Positions 56,703 through 64,000 of a stretch of 64,000 nucleotides of DNA are shown here, in pieces. Numbering within the stretch: position 1 is the stretch's first letter; each line of letters opens with the position of its first letter. The stretch is from an uncultured Clostridia bacterium (GTDB lineage Bacteria > Bacillota > Clostridia > JAAYHZ01): assembly GCA_937894465.1 (NCBI GenBank), contig CALCRE010000047.1, forward strand, positions 2,208 to 66,207, written 5' to 3'. The notes beneath the pieces were generated by a model that was not told the DNA's origin, made no database searches, and worked only from the letters and a program-made list of their open reading frames with translations. The translations under genes were made by a program, and so were the position numbers.

Positions 56703-57064
56703 TTGGTGGCCTCCTCAATGATCTGTCTTAGCTCATTTGCCTCTTCCGAGGTGATTTTTCTGTTATCAAGAAAGGCTGTTAAGAATTTCGGGAGAGATCC
56801 GTCAAATGTTTTCTCCACGATGGTATTGCTTTCATACTTTTGAACATCCTCTTTTTTAACCAGTGAGGTTACCATAGCGTCAACATTTTGCAAAACATTT
56901 CGCTCACAAAGCTTCTTTAAAACGGTATAGGTGGTTGATTTTTTCCAACCGAGTTCTTTCGCACAAAGCTTAACAAGTTCAGTAGAGTTAATGGGCTCGC
57001 GCTCCCATACAATACATGCAAATTTGTATTCGGCATCAAACAGTTTGTAATTTTCCAAAAGCAA
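56699..57064 (-). CDS. blaI: BlaI/MecI/CopY-family winged-helix repressor
   Basis: N-terminal EYKFACIVWEREPINSTELVKLCAKELGWKKSTTYTVLKKLCERNVL. Overlaps the downstream M56 gene by 4 nt. Confidence 0.8.
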   Translation of the reverse strand: MLLENYKLFDAEYKFACIVWEREPINSTELVKLCAKELGWKKSTTYTVLKKLCERNVLQNVDAMVTSLVKKEDVQKYESNTIVEKTFDGSLPKFLTAFLDNRKITSEEANELRQIIEEATK

Positions 57065-57086
57065 TCATCTCCTTAACAAACATTAA

Positions 57087-57131
57087 GTCTATCTAAATAG
57101 ACCTTGTGCCGAGTTTATTCCAATAGACCTT
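57087..57131. promoter_or_regulatory. Candidate operator: near-palindrome GTCTATCTAAATAGAC plus an extra ATAGACC half-site upstream of blaI
   Basis: 14 of 16 positions are dyad-symmetric at 57087-57102, and the half-site repeats at 57123-57129. It lies in the promoter region of the divergently arranged repressor. Confidence 0.3.
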
Positions 57132-57277
57132 TAAAGTCAAGCTCTTTTTGAATTTTTGTTCAAACCTAGGTAACATGACTGTTTTGGTTAAGTAAAATAC
57201 CGAAAATGTCAAATAATAAATAATTGATAAATGGTAGCATCTATGTATATCTATTAACCTTATAAGGAGGATTATGT

Positions 57278-59161
57278 ATGAAACTGTCTAAACCTATTAT
57301 TATCTTAATTGTTTTATCAATGATGCTTTCTTTTGTTGCTTGTTCACAAACTGAGAATCAACCTGGAGCAACAACAACAAGTGCACAAGTAACGACTACG
57401 AAAGCTGTAACAACCACGCAAAAACAGGCAGAAACCACAACTGGCGCTGTAACGACGACTCAACAAGTTGAGGAAAATCCATTTGCTGAGTTTTATGAAA
57501 TCAGCTGGTTACATGGGATGTGTGCCAATTATGAGGAGGGTGCATGGGATGAGTTGATGCTCGAAGAAAAGTATAATATCGATCTGAAGATATGGACCAT
57601 CAACCACACTGACACAGAAGGATTGTCCATGATGCTTGCAGCCGGTGAAATTCCGGATGTTGGATTGCTAACAAATGCTCCTTTATGGCCTCCGGCTCAA
57701 TATGCAGAAAAGTTTACTCGTTCGGTACCATTATCTATGATTCAACAATATTTTCCGCACTACTATGAGAAGATGTTACAGAATCAACCATCAAGCTTTC
57801 AATACAACAAGATCGGTGATACAGATGAGTATTACGGTTTGTCGGCAATTAATGTAACCTTCTTGCGTTCGTATAACGTATCCCTTCTACGCTTAGACTG
57901 GATGGAGAATGTAGGTCATGAGATTCCCGAGAATGAATTGACAAACATCACTATGACAGATGATAAGTTTGGTAAATTCGACGGACAATTATACATCACA
58001 AACTATTTGTTTGAACATGATGAAATGAATGACATCTTTAGAGCATTCACCGAAGACGACCCGGATGGAAATGGTGAAGATGATACATACGCTGCTGTAA
58101 CTTGGCCACATACATGGAGAAACCATTGGTCGGATTTATACTGGGGACAATTTGGAATCATCGGTTCTGATTTGGGCTGGTTGTATTTAGACGATGTATC
58201 CGGAAACATAGTTCCTGCATATGCAGTGACCGGATACAGGGACTATATGAAATGGGCAAGCGAAATGTATGAAAAAGGTTACATGAGAACATTAGGTGAA
58301 GGAAACTGGCGTGATGTTCAAAATATGACCTGGATGACCGGTAAGGTCGGATACTTTAATGCAGACAGGCAAGTTATTGCCAGACCGGATCTACCTGAAA
58401 CAACAGATAAGCAACCGCCTCAAAGCATTTGGTTAAATACTGACCCGGATGCTAAATTCGTGATCGTTCCTTGTTTGGCAGGTCCTAATGATAACTTCGG
58501 AACAAGAAGATACGAATTAACCGCTATGAGCGAAAACAGAAACAGAGTGTATACATTTGCATCTACTGTATCCGATGGTAAATTGGCACGTGTGTTTACC
58601 ATGTGGAATGATTACTGCATGGACCCTTTCAGTGACTTTAATGACAAGGTACACAATGGTATTGAAAACATCCATTTTAAATGGTCAGGAGAACCTTTTA
58701 ACAGTTCTAGAATGATAACTGATGCAACTAAAATTCCTCCGCAGTATAGAATGGGTAAATTCTGGAGCGGTAACTTCTTAGGAGAAGAAAATTTCTTCGC
58801 TTATGAAGCACAACGTCAAATATTGCTGTTCCAATATAAAAACAGATGGGTTGAGAAATACATGGTAGAACCATATAAATTTATCAGTATACTTGACATG
58901 GGTCAGGAAATGTACGATGCATACAGAAAAGACTATAACGAAATGAATTCCACAATAATGGCGGTCGTTAATGACTTTGCTACTCGCGTTTGGGAAGGTC
59001 AAGTCGGTGATGTGAATACCGAGTGGGAGCAATATCTGACACAGTTATACAGTGCAGGGCTGCAGACCATGGTAGATAAATATTACAACAATGAAGCATT
59101 CAAGCTGTATGATGTACCTGACTTTGATAAAATTATAAAAGGATTTAAACAATTTCAATGA
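57278..59161 (+). CDS. Lipoprotein extracellular solute-binding protein, paralogue of the 44187 gene
   Basis: Lipobox FVAC and a Thr-rich linker. Shared blocks ENPFAEFYEISWL, FTEDDPDGNGEDDTY and NTEWEQYLTQLYSAGLQTMVDKYYNNEAF. Confidence 0.6.
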   Translation: MKLSKPIIILIVLSMMLSFVACSQTENQPGATTTSAQVTTTKAVTTTQKQAETTTGAVTTTQQVEENPFAEFYEISWLHGMCANYEEGAWDELMLEEKYNIDLKIWTINHTDTEGLSMMLAAGEIPDVGLLTNAPLWPPAQYAEKFTRSVPLSMIQQYFPHYYEKMLQNQPSSFQYNKIGDTDEYYGLSAINVTFLRSYNVSLLRLDWMENVGHEIPENELTNITMTDDKFGKFDGQLYITNYLFEHDEMNDIFRAFTEDDPDGNGEDDTYAAVTWPHTWRNHWSDLYWGQFGIIGSDLGWLYLDDVSGNIVPAYAVTGYRDYMKWASEMYEKGYMRTLGEGNWRDVQNMTWMTGKVGYFNADRQVIARPDLPETTDKQPPQSIWLNTDPDAKFVIVPCLAGPNDNFGTRRYELTAMSENRNRVYTFASTVSDGKLARVFTMWNDYCMDPFSDFNDKVHNGIENIHFKWSGEPFNSSRMITDATKIPPQYRMGKFWSGNFLGEENFFAYEAQRQILLFQYKNRWVEKYMVEPYKFISILDMGQEMYDAYRKDYNEMNSTIMAVVNDFATRVWEGQVGDVNTEWEQYLTQLYSAGLQTMVDKYYNNEAFKLYDVPDFDKIIKGFKQFQ

Positions 59162-59198
59162 AGTTCGTTAATATAGGATGTTTATACAAAGCAGATAG

Positions 59199-59228
59199 AA
59201 AACAGGAGCCAGCTCCTGTTTTCTTCCT
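59199..59228 (+). terminator. Rho-independent terminator (AACAGGAGC-CAG-CTCCTGTT then TTCTTCC)
   Basis: Read directly, 38 bp after the lipoprotein stop. Confidence 0.6.
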
Positions 59229-59269
59229 TGTTGTAACTGTTTATTCCATCACACTTTAGCTGTTATTTA

Positions 59270-59510
59270 ATGTTTTTAAACAGTATAATGAAATTAATGA
59301 TCAACATAAAAAATGATGTGATGCAGAAAGTGATGTTCAATCAACCATTGATATTTCATTTTAATAAATTGTTCGACCAAATGAATCGAAAGGTCGGTCC
59401 ATATATTATCTATCAAGTTGGGGATTTATGTAGTGAGCCCGGATATCGGGTAGGAACCCACATTCAATATAATGTATGAAATCAGCTTTATAGTAGCTAC
59501 CTAGCGATTA
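59270..59510 (+). pseudogene. Decayed 5' remnant of an AraC-family regulator gene, paralogous to the gene at 61497
   Basis: Encodes FHFNKLFDQMNRKVGPYIIYQVGDLCSEPGYRVGTHIQYNV, about 60% identical to residues 12-55 of the downstream AraC (FHFDNWFNETNNKIGPYIIYQVGDLCCEPGYQV). It then suffers a 1-nt indel relative to the paralogue and stops. No HTH domain follows. Confidence 0.55.
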
Positions 59511-59756
59511 CGAAAAGTGGATAGAAGAAAATAATGAGACCTTCGATGGGGAACTATGACCTTTCACACAGTGCATCTTTTATCAAATTTATAAACAATG
59601 ACAAAGATGATCCTATAATTATCAAATCTATTGCAATATATCCTAAATTCCTTATCTGAATTAGCGTAGACACCTTTTACAAACAAAGAATACCTAAACC
59701 TTTGGAAGTCCCTGCATATTGGGGCTTTTTTTATTTTAATCTTTCCAATTTTTCTC

Positions 59757-59796
59757 TTGACATTTTATAGATGTATACACTATAATTAGTGTATAC
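59757..59796 (+). promoter_or_regulatory. Transposase promoter TTGACA-18 nt-TATAAT whose -10 is bracketed by a perfect 8-bp inverted repeat (GTATACAC / GTGTATAC)
   Basis: -35 at 59757-59762, -10 at 59781-59786, inverted-repeat arms at 59773-59780 and 59789-59796. GGGGGTG ribosome-binding site before ATG 59818. Confidence 0.5.
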
Positions 59797-59817
59797 ATTG
59801 ATGTGGGGGTGTCGTAA

Positions 59818-61437
59818 ATGACTACATATAGAAAACCGTTGGTCGACATACCGGATGATAAAGGTGTTCATGTAAAAACCGCCGGTGCAAAAAGTGAGAT
59901 GTACGTCTATAAATATGTAAAGTATTACAGGAATGATCAAGGCAATCCCAGAAACAAGGCTAAGGCAATCGGTAAGTTGGATCCGGAAACCGGCAGAATG
60001 GTTCCAAATAGCAACTACTTTCAAATGTATCACTTGGATCCTTTGCTACCGGACATCACAATTTGGAAATACGGTTACACATACTTGATCCTAAAAGTCT
60101 GCAAAGACATAAAACTTCTCGACTGCCTTACCCGTGTATTCGGTGAGCGTGCCATTGACATTATTGTAATGGCTTCCTACATCATCCGTAAGGGAAACGC
60201 CATGGACGGAATTGATGATTGGCAGCAAGAAAATTATTTTCCGGGCTTTGAACGTTTGTTGACTTCACAATCCACCAGCAGGATATTCGGCACACTGTCG
60301 GCGGTCAAGATGAATGATTTCTTTAAACATTGGATACAAGAGGCTTTTCATGGAGGCAGCGTGTTTTATGACGTTACTTCAATATCGTCATATTCTCAGG
60401 AGATGCCTGATGTCGAGTACGGCTACAATAGGGACGGTGAAGACTTGGCACAGTTCAATGTGGGACTCTTTTGTGATGAGTCCACCAGAACACCGCTGTA
60501 TTACAACCGTTACAACGGCAGCCTGACTGACAAGGTGAATCTCTCCTATGTTCTTAAAAATGCAGAATCTGTGGGGATAAAAAATATCAAGGCAGTTGTG
60601 GACGGAGGCTTCTGGAGCGAAGAATGTATCAAAAGCCTCAATTCTTGTTGTGATACTTTTACCATAGGTATGCCGGCTTTTTTGAAAGAGTCACAGAAGA
60701 TACTTTCCGAATATGCGGACGGCATTGAAAAATATGAAAATGAATTAATCGAATACCATGTTTATTGTGTAGAGGTAAATACAACCCTATACGGTGTCCC
60801 CGGTAAGGTTCTTTTATACTACGACCCTTGGAATCACCTTAATTTGTGCAACGAAATGTCTGAACGGATCAACAAGCTCAAGTCGGAGCTTTCAGCTCTT
60901 AAACGTTATCCGAAGAGCAAGTTGAGCCGTTACACTAAGTATTTCATCATAACAAAACATGAAAATGACAATGGATTTGATTTTATGGTAGATACAGACA
61001 ATGTCGAACAACTGCGAAAATATAAAGGATTCTTTCCCATTTTTACAACCGATATGAATGCCACGCCGTCAGATAATCTTTATTTTTATCGTACGAAGGA
61101 TGTCGAGGAGAAGCTATTCGATCAGATTAAGGTGGATATGGATGGCGGACGTATTCGTACCCACAGTATGGAAGCAACCGAGGGAAAAACATTCGTCACA
61201 TTCATAGCATGTGTTATCCGATCATACATGTTTAATAAACTTTCAAAGCATTTTACAGAAAATTCAACCTCCTTAAAAAAGGTGTTGAATAAATTATCGA
61301 ACATAACAATAATATCAAGCTATGACGGATATCGTTTTACAAAAGCATTGACCAAAGAACAGAAAGACATACTTTCGGCGTTTGACGCAGTTAATGATAT
61401 CAAGGTTAGTGTCAAGAATGAAAAATGTCTACGCTAA
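59818..61437 (+). CDS. DDE transposase (539 aa), IS4/IS1634-like
   Basis: Size and position inside the inverted-repeat-bounded element. The family assignment is by length and general pattern only. Confidence 0.7.
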   Translation: MTTYRKPLVDIPDDKGVHVKTAGAKSEMYVYKYVKYYRNDQGNPRNKAKAIGKLDPETGRMVPNSNYFQMYHLDPLLPDITIWKYGYTYLILKVCKDIKLLDCLTRVFGERAIDIIVMASYIIRKGNAMDGIDDWQQENYFPGFERLLTSQSTSRIFGTLSAVKMNDFFKHWIQEAFHGGSVFYDVTSISSYSQEMPDVEYGYNRDGEDLAQFNVGLFCDESTRTPLYYNRYNGSLTDKVNLSYVLKNAESVGIKNIKAVVDGGFWSEECIKSLNSCCDTFTIGMPAFLKESQKILSEYADGIEKYENELIEYHVYCVEVNTTLYGVPGKVLLYYDPWNHLNLCNEMSERINKLKSELSALKRYPKSKLSRYTKYFIITKHENDNGFDFMVDTDNVEQLRKYKGFFPIFTTDMNATPSDNLYFYRTKDVEEKLFDQIKVDMDGGRIRTHSMEATEGKTFVTFIACVIRSYMFNKLSKHFTENSTSLKKVLNKLSNITIISSYDGYRFTKALTKEQKDILSAFDAVNDIKVSVKNEKCLR

Positions 61438-61496
61438 AATTTTGCGGAATTCAGGATACTAAAAATAATTACAATGTAAAAAGTGGGGCACATGAA

Positions 61497-62390
61497 ATGG
61501 CGACAAACCGAAGAGCAAAATTTCACTTTGATAATTGGTTTAATGAGACGAACAACAAAATTGGACCGTATATCATCTATCAAGTGGGAGATTTATGTTG
61601 TGAACCCGGTTACCAAGTCTGGAACCACACCCAAAAGGTATATGAAATCAGCTATATCGTATCAGGGAAAGGAACTTTCTGTGTAAACGGAGACCAATAT
61701 GAGGTATCCGACGGTATGTTGTTCTTAAACAGGATCGGAGAAAAGCATGAAGTAAAATCATCATCGGTTGAGCCGTTAAGGTTCTTTTATTTAGGTTTTA
61801 CTTTTGCCGCGGGCGATGATAATCAGCAAATAAACCGGTTAATTGATTTTTTTAATAATTCGGAAAACCGCATTGTTTACCATGTAAATGGAATGACCGA
61901 ATTATTTACTAAACTTTTTATCGAACTAAAGACAGGGGATTTTTTTACTGAAAAAATGTTGGAAGACTATATTGATCAAATTCTGATCAGCACTTATCGT
62001 TGCTTCAGTCAAAAGAAATATCATTCATATACATTAAAAGAAAACGATATAGATAAGAAACTTGTGTATGACATCGTCCATTACATTGATACCGAGGTAG
62101 AGAATATCACAAATTTGTCAAGCTTAAGCAAAGAATTCGGATATAGCTATTCTCATATATCCCACAAGTTTAATGATATCATGAGTGAAAACCTAAAATC
62201 ATATTATAGTAAAAGACGATTTGACAAGGCTAAGGAGAAGGTGGCCTCCGGCATGACCATTACAGATATTGCCGAGGAATTAGGTTATAAGTCTATTCAC
62301 GCATTCAGCAGAGCTTTTCGCAATTATGTAGGCATGACCCCCACTGCCTACAAAAAATGGGTGGATGAAAACAAGACGCTTCAAGTTTAA
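61497..62390 (+). CDS. AraC-family transcriptional regulator (N-terminal cupin/effector domain plus C-terminal dual HTH)
   Basis: C-terminal HTH_AraC pattern (LSSLSKEFGYSYSHISHKFN...ITDIAEELGYKSIHAFSRAFRNYVGMTPTAYKK). Start at ATG 61497 rather than ORF-track 61425, which lies inside the IS right end. Confidence 0.8.
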   Translation: MATNRRAKFHFDNWFNETNNKIGPYIIYQVGDLCCEPGYQVWNHTQKVYEISYIVSGKGTFCVNGDQYEVSDGMLFLNRIGEKHEVKSSSVEPLRFFYLGFTFAAGDDNQQINRLIDFFNNSENRIVYHVNGMTELFTKLFIELKTGDFFTEKMLEDYIDQILISTYRCFSQKKYHSYTLKENDIDKKLVYDIVHYIDTEVENITNLSSLSKEFGYSYSHISHKFNDIMSENLKSYYSKRRFDKAKEKVASGMTITDIAEELGYKSIHAFSRAFRNYVGMTPTAYKKWVDENKTLQV

Positions 62391-62428
62391 TAACTATGAA
62401 ATAAATTCAAAATGTAGAGAGGTTTTTA

Positions 62429-64000
62429 ATGGACAAAAAGATATTGGTCATTATAGATGGCAAAACAAATGATCTGTTGGAAGTAATGAAGAGAAATCAT
62501 GTAAGTTATGATGTTGTACATCCGGATATGGTACACAAATTGGATATGAATGATTATCATGGAATTATGATTTTAGGTGGAAACAATGAAGAGCCACTCC
62601 ATATTCATCCGAAGGACAGATTGGTTATTGATGAACAAATCAAAATGGGAAAAAGAGTTTTTGGAGAATACTTCAAGAGTATTCACAATGTCTCTTTTAT
62701 CGATTGCATATCTACCCGATTTGAAAGACCTGTGGCTTTTATGGATTTTCCTAAAGCCGGATTGGAAAAGGGAGATATATTGGATGAACAAAGCAATAAC
62801 CGGCAAAAGGTCTATCTGCACACGTCTAAAGGATGGCCATTGTTGCAATATGTTGGTAACCCCACAGGGTTCTACAAAACAGAAATTGATTTTGCCAAAT
62901 CAAGAGCCAAGGCGGCCTATGCATTGTGGTTTGAGCTGGACAATTTTTTAGCTTGCTCCTTCCGTATGGTGAATTTCATCAAAGCGAAATTCTCTCCACG
63001 ACATAAATGGAAAAAATTAATCCAATACATACTTGAATGGGTCACCGGGCAATCCATTGATATGAGTGTTGCAGATTCCATGTATGACAGTGCTTATCAT
63101 TTTAATGAAAACACCGAACCTTTTGAGGAAAGATGCATCGAGTCCGTTGACAAGGTTTTCGATTGGTTTGAAAACAACGATATGGTGGATCAAAGGTATG
63201 GAAGATATAATAGCATCAAAGAAGGATTGGGCACAGCGGTTTTTGCAGACGGCACCCATAAAATAGAGGATGTTATTCGAACGGACAATACCGGTGAAAT
63301 GTCTTTGGCATGGCTCATGCGATATTTGCGCACCAAGGATGAAAAATATTTGGAGATATCCGACTCCTTAACAGAATATATCTTAGAGCTTCAAGTCAAA
63401 GATGAAGGGCCTTATTACGGAATGGTAAGAAATGGCCCCTTTACTTGGTGGAATATTTGCTATCAGGATGACAGTGCACGTGGATTCCTATTGCCGAAAC
63501 TTTTCGAAATGCTATACACCGGTAATATGAAATATGAAACACCGGTAAGAGAATGCCTTGACTTTCTAATCAGCACAACCGGAAAAGATGGATTAAGAAC
63601 ACCGAATACATATTGCATAGACCCAACGTCTAATGAGACATATGCCAGAGCATATCGACAATATGAAGACGAGGGTATTATTCGATATGCACCGGATGGG
63701 GAATTGATAAAAGATATTACTTTATTAGCTCTTAAAAACGGCGGAAACCCCAGCGGACATTATAACGGGTGGTATTTAGCATCCTTGTTCTTGGCATACA
63801 AAGTCCTAGGAGATGAAAGATATTTGCAAACAGCCAAAAAGGGATTGAACAGTATCAAAAGCGTATATCCTTTTACATCTAGAGAGCATTCTGAAACCCA
63901 GGAGCTATGCCGTCTGGTTTTACCTTGTGCCATGCAATACTTTGCCACCGGAGAGCAAGAAGATAAAGAATTTTTGTATCGAGTGGTAAATGATCTGCAG
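62429..64000 (+). CDS. 3'-partial CDS (at least 524 aa) missing from the ORF track; N-terminal flavodoxin/GATase1-like domain followed by a large helical domain (putative glycoside-hydrolase-like)
   Basis: The frame stays open from ATG 62429 (AGAGAGG ribosome-binding site 7 nt upstream) to the window end. Translation is MDKKILVIIDGKTNDLLEVMKRNHVSYDVVHPDMVHKLDMNDYHGIMILGG...GHYNGWYLASLFLAYKVLGDERYLQTAKKG. It lies downstream of the AraC regulator. Confidence 0.6.
   Translation, partial: MDKKILVIIDGKTNDLLEVMKRNHVSYDVVHPDMVHKLDMNDYHGIMILGGNNEEPLHIHPKDRLVIDEQIKMGKRVFGEYFKSIHNVSFIDCISTRFERPVAFMDFPKAGLEKGDILDEQSNNRQKVYLHTSKGWPLLQYVGNPTGFYKTEIDFAKSRAKAAYALWFELDNFLACSFRMVNFIKAKFSPRHKWKKLIQYILEWVTGQSIDMSVADSMYDSAYHFNENTEPFEERCIESVDKVFDWFENNDMVDQRYGRYNSIKEGLGTAVFADGTHKIEDVIRTDNTGEMSLAWLMRYLRTKDEKYLEISDSLTEYILELQVKDEGPYYGMVRNGPFTWWNICYQDDSARGFLLPKLFEMLYTGNMKYETPVRECLDFLISTTGKDGLRTPNTYCIDPTSNETYARAYRQYEDEGIIRYAPDGELIKDITLLALKNGGNPSGHYNGWYLASLFLAYKVLGDERYLQTAKKGLNSIKSVYPFTSREHSETQELCRLVLPCAMQYFATGEQEDKEFLYRVVNDLQ

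Larger units (their letters stand above)
59639..61458 (+). mobile_element. Insertion sequence (about 1.82 kb) with 34/33-bp imperfect terminal inverted repeats and a single DDE transposase gene; IS4/IS1634-like
   Basis: IRL at 59639-59672 is TATCCTAAATTCC-TTATCTGAA-TTAGCGTAGACA. The reverse complement of IRR at 61426-61458 is TATCCTGAATTCC-GCAAAATT-TTAGCGTAGACA, matching 24 of 25 positions outside the central spacer. IRR overlaps the transposase stop. No clear target-site duplication is seen. Confidence 0.6.

Noticed and set aside
59731-60033. 100-aa minus-strand ORF overlapping the transposase start
   Set aside because: Antisense to the IS promoter and transposase 5' end. No independent support.
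61425-61496. ORF-track start of the AraC gene at 61425 and alternative-frame ORF 61483-61686
   Set aside because: 61425 lies inside the IS right inverted repeat and transposase 3' end. ATG 61497 gives a conventional AraC N-terminus. The 61483 ORF is out of frame with the conserved AraC sequence.
62577-62951. 124-aa ORF in the track
   Set aside because: It is in a different frame inside the long 62429-64000 CDS, which has a ribosome-binding site and continuous protein-like sequence.

Overview
This is a low-GC Firmicute-like chromosomal segment, judged from SLH-anchored surface proteins, a T-box-regulated aminoacyl-tRNA synthetase, AAGGAGG-type ribosome-binding sites and an aadK-like gene. The first 11.1 kb is a complete type I-E CRISPR-Cas locus: cas3 (its 5' end runs off the window), cse1, cse2, cas7, cas5, cas6e, cas1, a Cas2 fused to a DnaQ-like 3'-5' exonuclease, and a 40-repeat array. 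The array has 29-bp repeats (GTGTTCCCCGCGCATGCGGGGGTGATCCT), spacers of about 32 bp, one tandemly duplicated spacer unit, and degenerate repeats at the distal end. Next comes a 10.6-kb gene for a 3543-aa secreted protein that ends in three SLH domains and contains near-identical 294-bp intragenic tandem repeats. Positions 22.2-38.6 kb form a mixed accessory stretch. It contains an MFS transporter, a phosphodiesterase, an acetyltransferase, an Ala-rich hypothetical protein, a Phd/YefM-Uma2 fusion, a frameshifted GGCT-like gene, a PadR/DUF1700 pair, an ECF sigma factor co-transcribed with a membrane-anchored serpin, a kinase-fold gene and an XRE-TPR regulator. Downstream are a T-box leader with a short (archaeal-type) ValRS, a second sigma/anti-sigma pair, two paralogous orphan lipoprotein solute-binding proteins, catalase HPII, an aadK-like ANT(6) gene, a BlaI/BlaR1-like pair next to a beta-lactamase-fold hydrolase, and a 1.82-kb IS element with 33/34-bp terminal inverted repeats sitting beside a decayed AraC paralogue. 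Further on are an intact AraC regulator and a CDS that runs off the 3' window edge and is missing from the ORF track. Nothing can be called novel without database searches. The ECF-sigma/serpin module and the Phd-Uma2 fusion are the least conventional arrangements.
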